Of a stretch of DNA of 63,923 bases, positions 1 through 12,364 are shown piece after piece. Position 1 is the stretch's first letter. Each line of letters starts with the position of its first letter. The stretch is from Eledone cirrhosa. Its lineage: Eukaryota. A model generated the notes under the pieces. It had not been told where the DNA came from and did not search any database. It was given only the letters and a program-made list of their open reading frames with translations. The stretch is from assembly GCA_964016885.1 (NCBI GenBank), contig OZ024744.1, forward strand, positions 31,930,001-31,993,923. Reading direction: 5' to 3'. The translations under genes were made by a program, and so were the position numbers.

Positions 1-1
1 C

Positions 2-34
2 CTGAAGATTGCGAAAGCATGAAAGTACTTGTTC
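2..34 (+). ncRNA. Minimal type I hammerhead ribozyme (5' strand of stem I lies outside the window)
   Basis: CTGAAGA-t-TGC gaaa GCA-t-GAAA-GTAC(palindromic stem III)-TT. Confidence 0.6.
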
Positions 35-720
35 AATTAACACTTAGAATTTAATATTCTATCATACTATTTCATTATAATACCATTATAAATTTTAAAG
101 GATTATAAATAAAACGAGTAAATCAGACAAAGTTGGAATTCCTCTTATTAATATATATATATATATATGCACGTTCATCTGTAACTTTGATTAAAGAACC
201 CCTGTATCGAATCTACGAACAGGATGTATATCTTGTAATTACCTAAAAGAACGAGAGCGTATGTGCTAAGAAAATCCTTATCCCGCTGATTGATAATACA
301 TTTACACTGCATCAAGGGACGTGAATTTGTTCAGCAGGTATTTCATTTTTTCCCGGATGAATTTATTTTAGAACAGTTCGTAAGTGTCCTTAACTTTGTC
401 AGTTTACATAGAACAGATATAGAAAACTTAAGCATTCTTGCCGGTTCGGAAGTCTGACCAGACAGGATCACTAGTGTACAGGAAAAAAAAAACAGAATGC
501 AATGTGCCCCCTTAAAGGAGAGGAGCCGATCGTAAGATGGACCAGAGAAATTATGTTTCCATTGCTGATATTATCTGTTGATCGAAACTTCTGAGAAATG
601 TGTCACGACGTTTCCGGTAACAGGAAGCACAATTTGAACTCATAACACCCAGAGCCGGAAAAGATATTGAAAATCATTTCGTAAAACTGTTTAACAGTTC
701 CGCTAATCTTTAGGTTAATA

Positions 721-800
721 TCTGGTACTTTATTTATAGACCTCCGAGATGATGAAAGCAAAGTTTACCTCGGTGGGATTTGAATTGGAGTCGTAGGGGT
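721..800 (-). mobile_element. tRNA-derived SINE fragment
   Basis: Reverse complement matches the B-box/core of the SINE at 27723 (ttcaaatcccaccgagg...aaataaagtaccag). Confidence 0.6.
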
Positions 801-858
801 AAACGGCTTGTCTTGGGGAACTTCCAGAAATAGAATGATTTATAAATACACACGTGTG

Positions 859-1075
<217 letters not shown>

Positions 1076-1122
1076 TTACACCCGATTGAACCCGGGATAA
1101 CTTATATATATAACTAATATAT

Positions 1123-1286
1123 AGTGGTAAGAGACCATGTAGACCATAACTCACCAGAGTACTCGATACTTAGGGTAGTAGAATGGGTAATAGGAAAAGA
1201 GTCAGGAACTCGACGGTTAGATCCGAGTTCGGATCTAGCTCTCGAAACGGCCGGAGCTCAGCCGTCGGGGTCCTGATACTTTTCCT

Positions 1287-1331
<45 letters not shown>

Positions 1332-1435
1332 AACGAGTAGGACCCCTACTCGTTCCTATTAGCCACTCTACTAACCTAAGTATTGAGTACTTTGGTGCGT
1401 TATGGTCCACCTGGTTCCTTACCACATTTCCTTCG

Positions 1436-1437
<2 letters not shown>
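1123..1437. mobile_element. Inverted pLTR fragments of the PLE family at 33323-36543
   Basis: 1123-1220 resembles 33335-33425; 1330-1430 is the reverse complement; HHR half GAAA-cggc...gccg-TC-gggg at ~1244-1270. Confidence 0.65.
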
Positions 1438-1470
<33 letters not shown>

Positions 1471-1646
1471 CGTGTGTGTGTTTGTGTGTGTAAGTATGTA
1501 TATATATACATATATACATACATACATATATGTGGGGGTGGGTGGGTATAATAGTTTGTACAAATCTGTGAGAGTATGAATAACATGATATGCATCAGAC
1601 CATTACGTGGCGAGCCCCAGTCAGAGTATAGTGCTCAATATAAGAG

Positions 1647-1660
1647 GGTATGTATGTGTG

Positions 1661-1756
<96 letters not shown>

Positions 1757-1835
1757 TGTATGTATGTGTGTACGTGTGTGTATGTATGTATGTGTGTATG
1801 TGTGTGTGTACGTGAATATATGTGTGCATGTGAGT
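1647..1835. repeat. (TG)n microsatellite
   Basis: Direct reading. Confidence 0.95.
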
Positions 1836-1900
1836 ATTTGTGACAACTAAATAACCATGCGGCTACTAACCTAACCAAGATACGGATTAGTTACTAAACT

Positions 1901-2123
1901 AATAACAGTTTCTAGTTTAGGCACAAGGCCAGCAATTTTGCGCGAGAAGGGGAAAGTCGATTGAATCGACCCCAGTGCATTACTGGTACTTTATACCATC
2001 GACCCCCGTATTGATGAAAGACAAAGCTAAGCTCAGCGAGATTTGAACTCAGAACATAAAGGGCCATAACTATATGTTGTGAAACATTGTCCAACGCTCT
2101 ACTGATACTGCCAATCCACCGCC
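1901..2123 (-). mobile_element. tRNA-derived SINE
   Basis: Reverse-complement homologue of 27723-27920 with A-box-like tggcagtatcag and B box gagttcaaatc. Confidence 0.8.
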
Positions 2124-2785
2124 ATTATAAAACCTAATATTAGCAACATGTCTGAATTACACGAAGGCGACCGACTCGGTATGTAAAATCAATTAGTGGT
2201 CAGTTCTTCAGTCTAATGTCCCCAGGGAGATTTTCTATCATAAGCTGGAATGTGTGTAAATATGTAAAGATTCTGTTTGATATATCATAGGAAAGTATAT
2301 TCCCTGTGCAATGTTAAGTTATACTAAATTGATACATATAAAATCATATATACAAAAACTTACTTTGCTAGTCACTAGTTGATGGGCAACCAGAAAAAAA
2401 AACAAATTCCAAGTGCTTACAAACGTGTCCGAACACGGAATTACCGAACTCTCACTGTTATCGCCTCCATCTCTGTCACCCTCCCCATCTCTTTGTATTA
2501 TGAGGAAATGGGGCCCCACGTGCTGGCCGCCCCACAGCCCCGGTGGACAGTTTGGAGAAGGCGTTTCTCCGGAGAATGGCAAACCCATTCCAGCTCGCGA
2601 GGGTCACACCTGCGGCTGGCCAGCTTAGCGCCAATGGTGGTAAGTAGGAAGATAGCCCTAGGGCCAAGGACACCAGAAGTCTCCACTATAGTATACTCTA
2701 TGTATGTATGTATATATGTATGTATATATGTATGTATAGTATATTATAGTGTATATATATACACTATAATATACTATATATATAA

Positions 2786-3370
2786 ATATAAGTATGTACA
2801 CGTACATACATATATGTATACAGACGTACAGTAGTATGTATATATATATATACATACATGCACACATATATATATGTACGTATGGATTCACCGAACATTT
2901 ATTATAATGCTCGGTGTGTTTATAAACAAACATCCCTTATTAAGCCGTAGTGTCTAGCAACCATCGTTGCTCGTTTGTTCAACACTGACAAAGGAACGCT
3001 GTACTAGTTTCAAGCTTATTAGCTATCGTCAGCAACGTATACCTTCCTGCCATATTGTTGAACGTATATACTTACCTTATGCATATTAACGGCTGAGTAG
3101 ACCAATTTGCATATCGAGTGGGTTAATCGGCCCGGTGCACCGAAAATGATAAGCGGAAAAAATGAAACGAAATTTCATTTCCCACTCTTAGTACGGCTGT
3201 TACTTAAATATAAGTATGTACACGTACATGCATATATGTATATAGACGTACAGTAGTATGTGTATATATATACATACTACTATACGTCTGTATACATGTA
3301 TGTATGTACGTATACATATATGTATATACTAAGAGTGGGAAATGAAATTTGGTTTCATTTTTTCCGTTTA
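2786..3370 (-). mobile_element. Family B non-autonomous HHR element (~425-nt unit plus inverted end)
   Basis: Terminal direct repeat (agtatgtaca at 2791 and 3213), inverted piece 3270-3370, (TA)n flanks. Confidence 0.8.
2996..3038 (-). ncRNA. Type I hammerhead ribozyme, family B
   Basis: rc: acgttg CTGACGA t agc taataa gct t GAAA ctag TA cagcgt. Confidence 0.85.
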
Positions 3371-3402
3371 TATATATATATATAAATATATACAATCATA
3401 TA

Positions 3403-3444
<42 letters not shown>

Positions 3445-3591
3445 AAATAGGATTTCGCTTCAAGTATGGCTTTATACAATATGTATAAATATTTCGTATC
3501 TCCAAAGAAATACAGTTTTAGGAAGCCGTAGCTATGCAAACACCGGGGGGCTAACGCCCTCTGGTGATGCCCAGCAGAAGCAAGGGGGACA

Positions 3592-3635
3592 ACCGTCTAT
3601 GCATTTCAGGCTTAACTGGCCTTCGTCAGGACGGT
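3592..3635 (-). ncRNA. Type I hammerhead ribozyme, family A
   Basis: Exact reverse complement of 3802-3845. Confidence 0.9.
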
Positions 3636-3801
3636 CCCTCCCACGCTATGCTTGAAGCGAAATCTTATTTCTTTTTTATTATAAGTTGAGCCAACTTATG
3701 CAGCTTCATATGCAAATGAGATTAATCACCTCATTTACGCAGACGAGAAAAGTATATATTCTCAGCTGCCTTCTAGTCCAGCAGTCGCAAGCGATGGGGG
3801 G

Positions 3802-3845
3802 ACCGTCCTGACGAAGGCCAGTTAAGCCTGAAATGCATAGACGGT
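3802..3845 (+). ncRNA. Type I hammerhead ribozyme, family A
   Basis: accgtc CTGACGA aggc cagttaa gcct GAAA tgca TA gacggt: perfect 6-bp stem I, 4-bp stem II, palindromic stem III. Confidence 0.92.
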
Positions 3846-3984
3846 TGTCCTCCTTGCTTCTGCTGGACATCACTAGAGGGCGTTAGCCCCCCGGTGTTTG
3901 CATAGCTACGGCTTCCTAAAACTGTATTTCTTTGGAGTTACGAAATATTTATATATATATATATATATATATGTGTATGTATAT

Positions 3985-4492
3985 ATAAGTATGTATACGT
4001 ACATACATATATGTATACAGACGTACAGTATCATGTATATACATACATGCACACATATATATATGTACGTATGGGTTTACCGGACATTTATTATAATGTT
4101 CGGTTTGTTTGTAAACAAACAGCCCGAATTACGCCGTACAGTGTTCGGCAACCATGGTCGCCCTTTCGTTCAACACTGACACAGGAACGATGTACTAGTT
4201 TCAAACTTATTAGCTATCGTCAGCATCGTACGTCAGCCGATTGAACGTTTGAAAGTATATACTTTCCTTATGCATATTAACGGCTGAGCAGCCTAATTTG
4301 CATATCGAGTGAGTTAGTCGACCGGGTGTACCGAAAACGATAAATGGAAAAGCATGAAATGAAATTTCATTTCTCACCCTTAGTACGGCTGATACTTAAA
4401 TATAAGTATGTATACGTACATACATATATGTATACAGACGTACAGTAAGAGTGAGAAATGAAATGAAATTTCATTTCATTCTTTTCTTTTCC

Positions 4493-4495
<3 letters not shown>
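3985..4495 (-). mobile_element. Family B element with HHR at 4187-4229
   Basis: Terminal redundancy (agtatgtatacg at 3988 and 4405); rc acgatg CTGACGA...GAAA ctag TA catcgt. Confidence 0.8.
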
Positions 4496-4524
<29 letters not shown>

Positions 4525-4658
4525 GTTAAATAAGGTTCAATGAATAAATTAAAGAATTAGTTTTACAATAGATTGGAAGCACTCAACAGTATGGTTTTCC
4601 GGAGTTATTAATATTAATTCAAAATATTAACAAAAATAGAACTTCTTGTGATCAAGTA

Positions 4659-4725
4659 TATTTTATTATACATATTTCAGAGGTACTGAGCTAACTTCAA
4701 CAGTACGTCCTCATCAGATAAAATA
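4659..4725 (-). ncRNA. Type I hammerhead ribozyme in a pLTR related to family E
   Basis: rc: tattttat CTGATGA gg..gtactg..cagtac..GAAA tatgta TA ataaaata (8-bp stem I). Confidence 0.8.
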
Positions 4726-5311
4726 AGATGATGCATGACATACCCTGACATACTAGATGGTTAAGATCCAGTCATGGTAGTGAGTAAGATATGATAAAAC
4801 TCAATATTTATATACCTTAATATTGAGACATGAAAAAACTTACATATAATACATATAATACAGAGGGTGCGTGTAAGAAAGCTTAAAAATACATAACCGT
4901 AATTTACCTAACTGTTAGAGATTCAAATAATTATTGAAGAAAGAGGAAAGAATAAAGAAAGACAGAGAGAAAATAGATGAGGGGAAAATATAGCTAGTAG
5001 AGGTATAGAGAGCAAAAGAGAATTGACCAAGGAAAGAGAGAGAAAGAGGAATAAATTATAGGGAGGGATGAATTATATATATCTATACATAACTATACAT
5101 TTGCGCAATATATATATATATAAACAGTATACTATAGTTTCAGACATGTTCGATCGATTAAAAAGTCATGTCAATCTCACGTATGTATGTGTGTGTGTAT
5201 GTTCTGTATGCATGTGTGTGTGTAGATATGCGTGTATATATGCATATCTACACACACACACACCTCCACATTCATTCATACATACCTTAATATATATATA
5301 CATTTACACAC

Positions 5312-5364
<53 letters not shown>

Positions 5365-5369
<5 letters not shown>

Positions 5370-6130
5370 ACGCACATATATATATGTATACAGACGTATA
5401 CAGTAGTATGTATATATATACATACATGCACACATATATATATGTACGTATGGATTTACCGAACATTTATTATAATGCTCGGTGTGTTTGTAAACAAACA
5501 TCCCGAATTAAGCCGTAGTGTCTAGCAACCATCGTTGCTCATTTGTTCAACACTGACAAAGGAACGATGTACAAGTTTCAAGCTTATTAGCTATCGTCAG
5601 CATCGTATACCTTCCTGCCAGATGATTGAACGTCTGAAAGTATATACTTTCCTTATTCATATTAACGACTAAGCAGCCTAATTTGCATATCTAGTGAGTT
5701 AATCGGCCAGGCGTACCGAAAACGATAAACGGAACAAATGAAACGAATTTCATTTCTCACTCTTAGTACGGCTGTTACTTAAATATAAGTATGTACACGT
5801 ACATACATATATGTATACAGACGTACAGTAGTATGTATATATATATATATACAAACATATATCGTTCCTTTGTCAGTGTTGAACAAACGAGCAACGGTGG
5901 TTTCTAGACACTACGGCTTAATACGGGATGTTTGTTTGCAAAAACACCGAGCATTATAATAAATGTTCGGTGAATCCATACGTACATATGTGTGCATGTA
6001 TGTATATATATATATACATACTACTGTACGTCTGTATACATATATGTATGTACGTGTACATACTTATATTTAAGTAATAGCCGTACTAAGAATGGGAAAT
6101 GAAATTCGTTTCATTTTTTCCGTTTATATA
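5365..6130 (-). mobile_element. Family B element (HHR 5564-5606) plus inverted partial copy 5860-6130
   Basis: Period ~427 (cagacg at 5391 and 5818); core CTGACGA/GAAA/TA on the minus strand. Confidence 0.8.
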
Positions 6131-6779
6131 TATGTATATACATGTATATACATGATATTCGATGTGCCTCCTTTAAACCGAAGCTTACCTTCTCTTTGAC
6201 AGTACTTCGCCACCCCTACTCCTTACCTCCCTCCCTCCTACTACTCCTTCATCCCCCTCCATCCTACCTCCTCATCCTCTTTCCCTCCAACCAAGCCACC
6301 TGCTTGTGTTAACCAGCCACCTATGTAGTAGTAGCTCTACCTACAATCACCAGATGACGGGGACAAGCGACCAGAGGAAAGCCAACGGCATTCCTCTTTT
6401 TTTATTTTATATTTTACCTTTCTTTATTTATTTATTCTTTTTCAGAATTATTATTTTTTTTAGTTATTTTTATTCTATTTTATTTATTTTATATTTTACC
6501 TTTCTTTATTTATTTATCCTTTTTCAGAATTATTATTTTTTTTAGTTATTTTTTTTCTATTTTATTTTTAAATTTTTTGTTTCGAAATTTTATTTTTTAT
6601 TATTATTATTTTTTATATTTATTTTGTTTCTTGTTGTTTGTTGTTGATTTTTTAACCTTTTTTTTTAGCTTGATATGACGTTCGTTCGTGGGAAACAACT
6701 TACATTACAGGTGTAACGAAAACTAGCCAGAGGTAGGGGGGAAATGGGGGGGATGGGTGGGGTGGTGTGAGGGTGGGGT

Positions 6780-7205
6780 GTGGTGGAGTGAGGTAGAGAG
6801 AATGAGAGGGTGGGGTGTGGTGGAGTGAGGTGGGGTGAGGTAGAGAGAATGAGAGGGATAGGTGAGGTGGGGTGGGGGTGAGGTAGAGAGAATGAGAGGG
6901 ATAGGTGAGGAGGGATGGGGGTGAGGTAGAGAGAATGAGAGGGATAGGTGAGGAGGGGTGGGGGTGAGGTAGAGAGAATGAGAGGGATAGGTGAGGAGGG
7001 GTGGGGGTGAGGTAGAGAGAATGAGAGGGATAGGTGAGGAGGGGTGGGGTGGGGTGAGGTAGAGAGAATGAGACGGATAGGTGAGGAGGGGTGGGGGTGA
7101 GGTAGAGAGAATGAGAGGGTTAGGTGAGGTGTGGTGTGGTGTGGTGAGGTAGAGAGAATGAGAGGGATAGGTGAGGAGGGGTGGGGTGAGGTGGGGTGAG
7201 GTGGG
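6780..7205. repeat. G-rich ~40-45-bp minisatellite (~9 units)
   Basis: Repeats of gaggtagagagaatgagagggataggtgaggaggggtggggg(t). Confidence 0.9.
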
Positions 7206-7469
7206 TATTTCATCTTACCCCTCACAGCACCTCACACCCATCCTATATTTCTATCCCCCAGCAACACCTTTAACATTACTCCCGCCCCCAAACGCTGCAC
7301 CACCCACCTAACCTCGTCTCTCCATCCACTACACCTCATCCCTAACTAGTCGCTCTCTGTCACCCTCAATCCACCCCTCTCATTAATAGTTACACCCACA
7401 CCACACCACAACACACCTCCCTCAATCAGTGCAACTGTAAATCTCTAAACAGTATATATATATATATCA

Positions 7470-8388
<919 letters not shown>

Positions 8389-8412
8389 GACGTTCAACTG
8401 GCAGGAAGGTAT

Positions 8413-8455
8413 ACGTTGCTGACGATAGCTAACAAGCTTGAAACTAGTACAGCGT
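8413..8455 (+). ncRNA. Type I hammerhead ribozyme, family B
   Basis: acgttg CTGACGA t agc taacaa gct t GAAA ctag TA cagcgt. Confidence 0.85.
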
Positions 8456-8494
8456 TACTTTGTCAGTGTTGAACAAACGAGCAACGATGGTTTA

Positions 8495-8732
8495 TATATA
8501 GATTTTAAAGGGTAATGGAAAGAGTTTAGCAATTGAAATGAGATAGTTAATCGTAAAATATTGAGTTTTATCGATTTTTTGCGTAATTGTGGGTGAAATT
8601 GAAAAAAATATATGTGCCATGACCGAATCGAAGCTATTTCAAATACTGAATTGTAAATTTCAATTGAAGAAATTCTATATCGTAGATTTCTATAACAATG
8701 AAATGTGACCATACACTGAGCTTTATAGATTA

Positions 8733-8736
<4 letters not shown>
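8495..8736 (-). mobile_element. Helitron 5'-end fragment
   Basis: Reverse complement of 7470-7710. Confidence 0.75.
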
Positions 8737-8793
<57 letters not shown>

Positions 8794-8796
<3 letters not shown>

Positions 8797-10168
8797 ATAC
8801 TTGGGCAGGGTCATATTTGTGTAATATTACCAGAATTAATAACAGAACACACTCACTGTTTAGTTGGTTTTCGCTTTTCGCTTCTGTGTCTTTTATATCG
8901 GTAATCTAATTTATTCGGTCCTCAATGTTGCCATTGACTGACCAACGGTCAACAATAATACAGATACAATATAGACACAAACACATATATATAGTTTATC
9001 AAAGTTCTTTCGTTGCACATCTGCAACATCGTCAGTTGTGCTATTGTTTCCTCCCGTTGCATTGTATTTTCTACGCCATCTTTATTTAGTCTGTTTATAT
9101 ATTTATTTATTAGTTTATTTTATTTTGTCTTCTTTGCGCATGCGTTTGCGTGTGTGTATAGTGTTTTGTTTGATGTGTGTTCGGGATTGGGTGACTGTAT
9201 TGGTTAATGTATTCTATCTTTACTAGTGTGTGTTTATATGTATTTGTTGTTATTGTGCTTGTGTATGTATTTATTTATTTATTTATCTATTTATTTATTT
9301 ATACTTCTCTTAGGTCAGTGTTGTTTGTTTGGGTGTTGTTGTTATTCCATTCATTTTTTCTGTTTAGCCTTGGCCTTCTAAGTTCTATTTCGCTGGCCTC
9401 TCTGGTTTGCCTATCTGCTGGGTCCTTTCTATGTTTAGATATTCTTCTAATTTCTATGTTGTCTATGTTACCGTCGTGTTGTTGTCTGGCAGTTTCGTAT
9501 AGTACTGACCCGTTTTTTCGTCCTTTTAGTTCCCCCCAGTGTTGGTCTATCCTTTCACCGAGCTGTCTCACCTATGTATGTTGTTGTCATGTTTCTGCAA
9601 GTACCCTCTGTACATCTTATACTATAGACTACGTTTCTAGTTTTACAGTTTATCCGGGGGTTTACCTTACATATGATATATTTCCTATTAGTACAAATTG
9701 GTTTTCTTAAAAGGGTAGGTTTTGCTGATCAGGGATTTTATGGTGGTTCCTGGCTTTTCTACCACCTTAATCTTTAACGCATGCGCATAGAAGACAAAAA
9801 AAATAAACAAATAAATAAATAAATAAACAGACTAAATAAAGATGGCGTAGGCATACAATGCAACGGGAGGAAACATAATAGCAGCACTGACGATGTTGCA
9901 GATGTGCAACGAAAGAACTTTGATAAACTATATATATGTGTTTGTGTTTATATTGTATCTGTATTTTTGACCGTTGGTCAGTCAATGGCAACATTGAGGA
10001 CCGAATAAATTAAATTAACTGATATAAAAGATACAGAAGCGAAAGCCAACCAAACAGTGAGTGTGTTCTGTTATTAATTCTGGCAATATTATTACACAAA
10101 TATGACCCTACCCAAGTATAACTATATCTGTTTCGACACACGATTTCATATCAAAAACCTCGCAAAAC
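8794..10168. mobile_element. Truncated PLE (family F) with ~350-bp inverted pLTRs
   Basis: 8794-9146 is the reverse complement of 9775-10122; HHR in each arm; tail 10123-10168; (TA)n flanks. Confidence 0.8.
9883..9924 (+). ncRNA. Type I hammerhead ribozyme, family F (inverted twin at 8998-9039)
   Basis: CTGACGA t gttgca gatg tgcaac GAAA gaac TT; short or imperfect stem I. Confidence 0.8.
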
Positions 10169-10184
10169 TATATATATATATATA

Positions 10185-11841
10185 TAATGGAAAAATTTGA
10201 ACAGGGATAAAACAGAGAGGCAGTACAACGAATGTTTATTAATTTCACGCTCTGGAGAGTGGGGTGTTGCTGGGGGACGACGTTTCGGGCATAAGCCCTT
10301 CCTCAGGTGAGAAGTGTGTGGGAACAGAGTTCAAAGGGTGTGTAGGGGAGTGGTGGAGAGACATATAGCGAAAGGAAACGGTGCGAATGAAAACAATAAA
10401 AATAAAATTAAAAATAAAGCATGATCAAAATACAAGGAATGAAATAAATTTAAATATAAAAGCATGATCAAAATAAACTGAAATTAAAAGGGGGGTAAAA
10501 CAGGTGGTGGAAGGGTGTGGGTGTGTAGGGGTGGCGGCGGGTGGAGTGGGGAGAGGGAGACGGGGTGTCCGAGCGGGGAGTGTGTAGGTGTACGTCTGTG
10601 TGTGTGTGTGTATGTGAAAGTAAGGGTTGGGGGAAGAACAGGGTTGCATGTTCATGAAGAGGTGTGTGTGTGTGTGGGGGGGGAGAGGAATTAGGAGGCT
10701 GAGGGTGTAAATATGTGGTGGAAAGCACGTGTGTGTGGGGTTTAAGCGTGTTGTGGGTGTAGGTGGCGTGTGGATAAAAAAAATGTTTTGGGGTGTGTGT
10801 GTGTGGGTGAGTTATATAGGTGATTACGTAAGAGGATGGTTGAAAAGTTGGTAAAATCCGAAGGTGTTTAGTGGATTCTGTGGTGGTCAATTTCTGCGTG
10901 CGAGTATTCCATGAAGCGATGGTCGGAAGAGGAGAGATGTGGGGTGCGCGCGCAACAGGAAGTGGTCAAGCAGTGGGAGTGCTGTGTGTCTGTTTGTGCT
11001 GGGAGGTGGTCAGAGGGCATAGCAGCAGTCGGTGGAATGGTAAAGGAGCGAGGATGGGTAGGTGTGAAAGTTGGAGTGAGGAGGGTGTGTGTGTGTGTGT
11101 ATTAGTAGAGGTGTTAGTGGGATGAGTGAGTGTGGAGCGAGGGTGTGGGTGGAGCGGGGAGAGAAGTGTGTGTGTGGTCGTATGGAGGGAGTGTGGTGTA
11201 CTGGTGTGTGTAGTTTGATGAAGGGGTGTTAGTATACGGGAGGTGGGGAGGGGTTGAATGCAGGTGTGAGTGGGGGTTAGCAGTGGTAGGGTGTGTAGAG
11301 TTGGTGGTGTACGAGGGTGTGTGGGTACGTGTGCGTGGGGTTGAGGGGTGTTAGTGATGTTAGTTGCGTGTGGGGTGGGTGGTGTAAGTGGGTGCGTGTG
11401 TTCGTGTGCTTGGGGTTAGGGGGTGTTAGTGAGGTTAGTTTCGGGGTGGTGGGATGGAGGTGTGGGGGTGAGGGTTAGTGGTGGTAGTAGGGTGTGTGTT
11501 TAGTGTGAGCGCGTGTATATATGTGCCGGTGGGTGTGTGCGTGTGATAAGGAGGGGGGAGGAGGAGAAGAAGGGAGGGATGTTAGTATGTTAGTTGGGGA
11601 AGGGTGGTCAGCTGAGGGGTGAAGTGGAGGTATTAGTATTGTTAGTTGTGGGGTGGGCGGTGAAAAGGAGGGGTGTGTTAGTGGTGGATAAGTGTGGGGG
11701 GAGGGGGGCGGTCGAAGGCCAAAGGAATAAGGGTGTGGAATTCAGGCCGGGGGAAGTGTGGGTCTGTAAGATGAAGATAGTTCGTTGTTCGACCCTAAGG
11801 CGATTGGCGGGTGTTCCGTGGCACTGGAGTAGGCCACAGAC
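10185..11841 (-). mobile_element. 3' part of a canonical PLE (family C): GIY-YIG C-terminus, long C/A-rich UTR, pLTR with HHR at 10275-10310
   Basis: rc of ~11739-11841 reads VCGLLQCHGTPANRLRVEQRTIFILQTHTSPGLN (PLE EN C-terminal L.T..P.GLN motif); rc CTGAGGA a gggc ttat gccc GAAA cg TC; homologue at 36620-38140. Confidence 0.75.
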
Positions 11842-11872
11842 TATCTTTCTATCTATCTGTCTATCTCTACCC

Positions 11873-11908
<36 letters not shown>

Positions 11909-11927
11909 ATATATCTCTTTCTGTCTG

Positions 11928-12018
<91 letters not shown>

Positions 12019-12036
12019 CTCTCTCTCTCTCTCTCT

Positions 12037-12110
<74 letters not shown>

Positions 12111-12147
12111 CTATCTACCTATCTATCTATCTATCTATCTATCTCTA
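11842..12147. repeat. (CT)n/(CTAT)n microsatellite
   Basis: Direct reading. Confidence 0.95.
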
Positions 12148-12364
12148 CGATGGACACATGTGCTGAGCTCGCTCGGTAAGTTTTGTTTAAATTCATACGA
12201 AAATTGTAAACTGTAAACTTTCATTTTTGTACCATTTTGTAGAGGGACTGCCAGGTCAAACTTTGATCTGGTCGGTCTCTCAAAATATTCTGCGCCTTTG
12301 GGTGATATAGTATTGTAAACATTTTATCTTTCGAAAAACTTCGAAAAACCCTATTTTGAGAAAA

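Larger units (their letters stand above)
3441..3953. mobile_element. Family A non-autonomous HHR element, head-to-head inverted pair
   Basis: ~3485-3638 is the reverse complement of ~3799-3953; homologue at 21130-21605; (TA)n flanks. Confidence 0.8.

Noticed and set aside
6348-6395. CAGATGA..GAAA gcc aac ggc
   Set aside because: Stem II is weak, U16.1 is missing and stem I does not pair.
8794-10122. DNA transposon or MITE with long TIRs
   Set aside because: The arms contain HHRs and one has an asymmetric tail, which fits PLE inverted pLTRs better.
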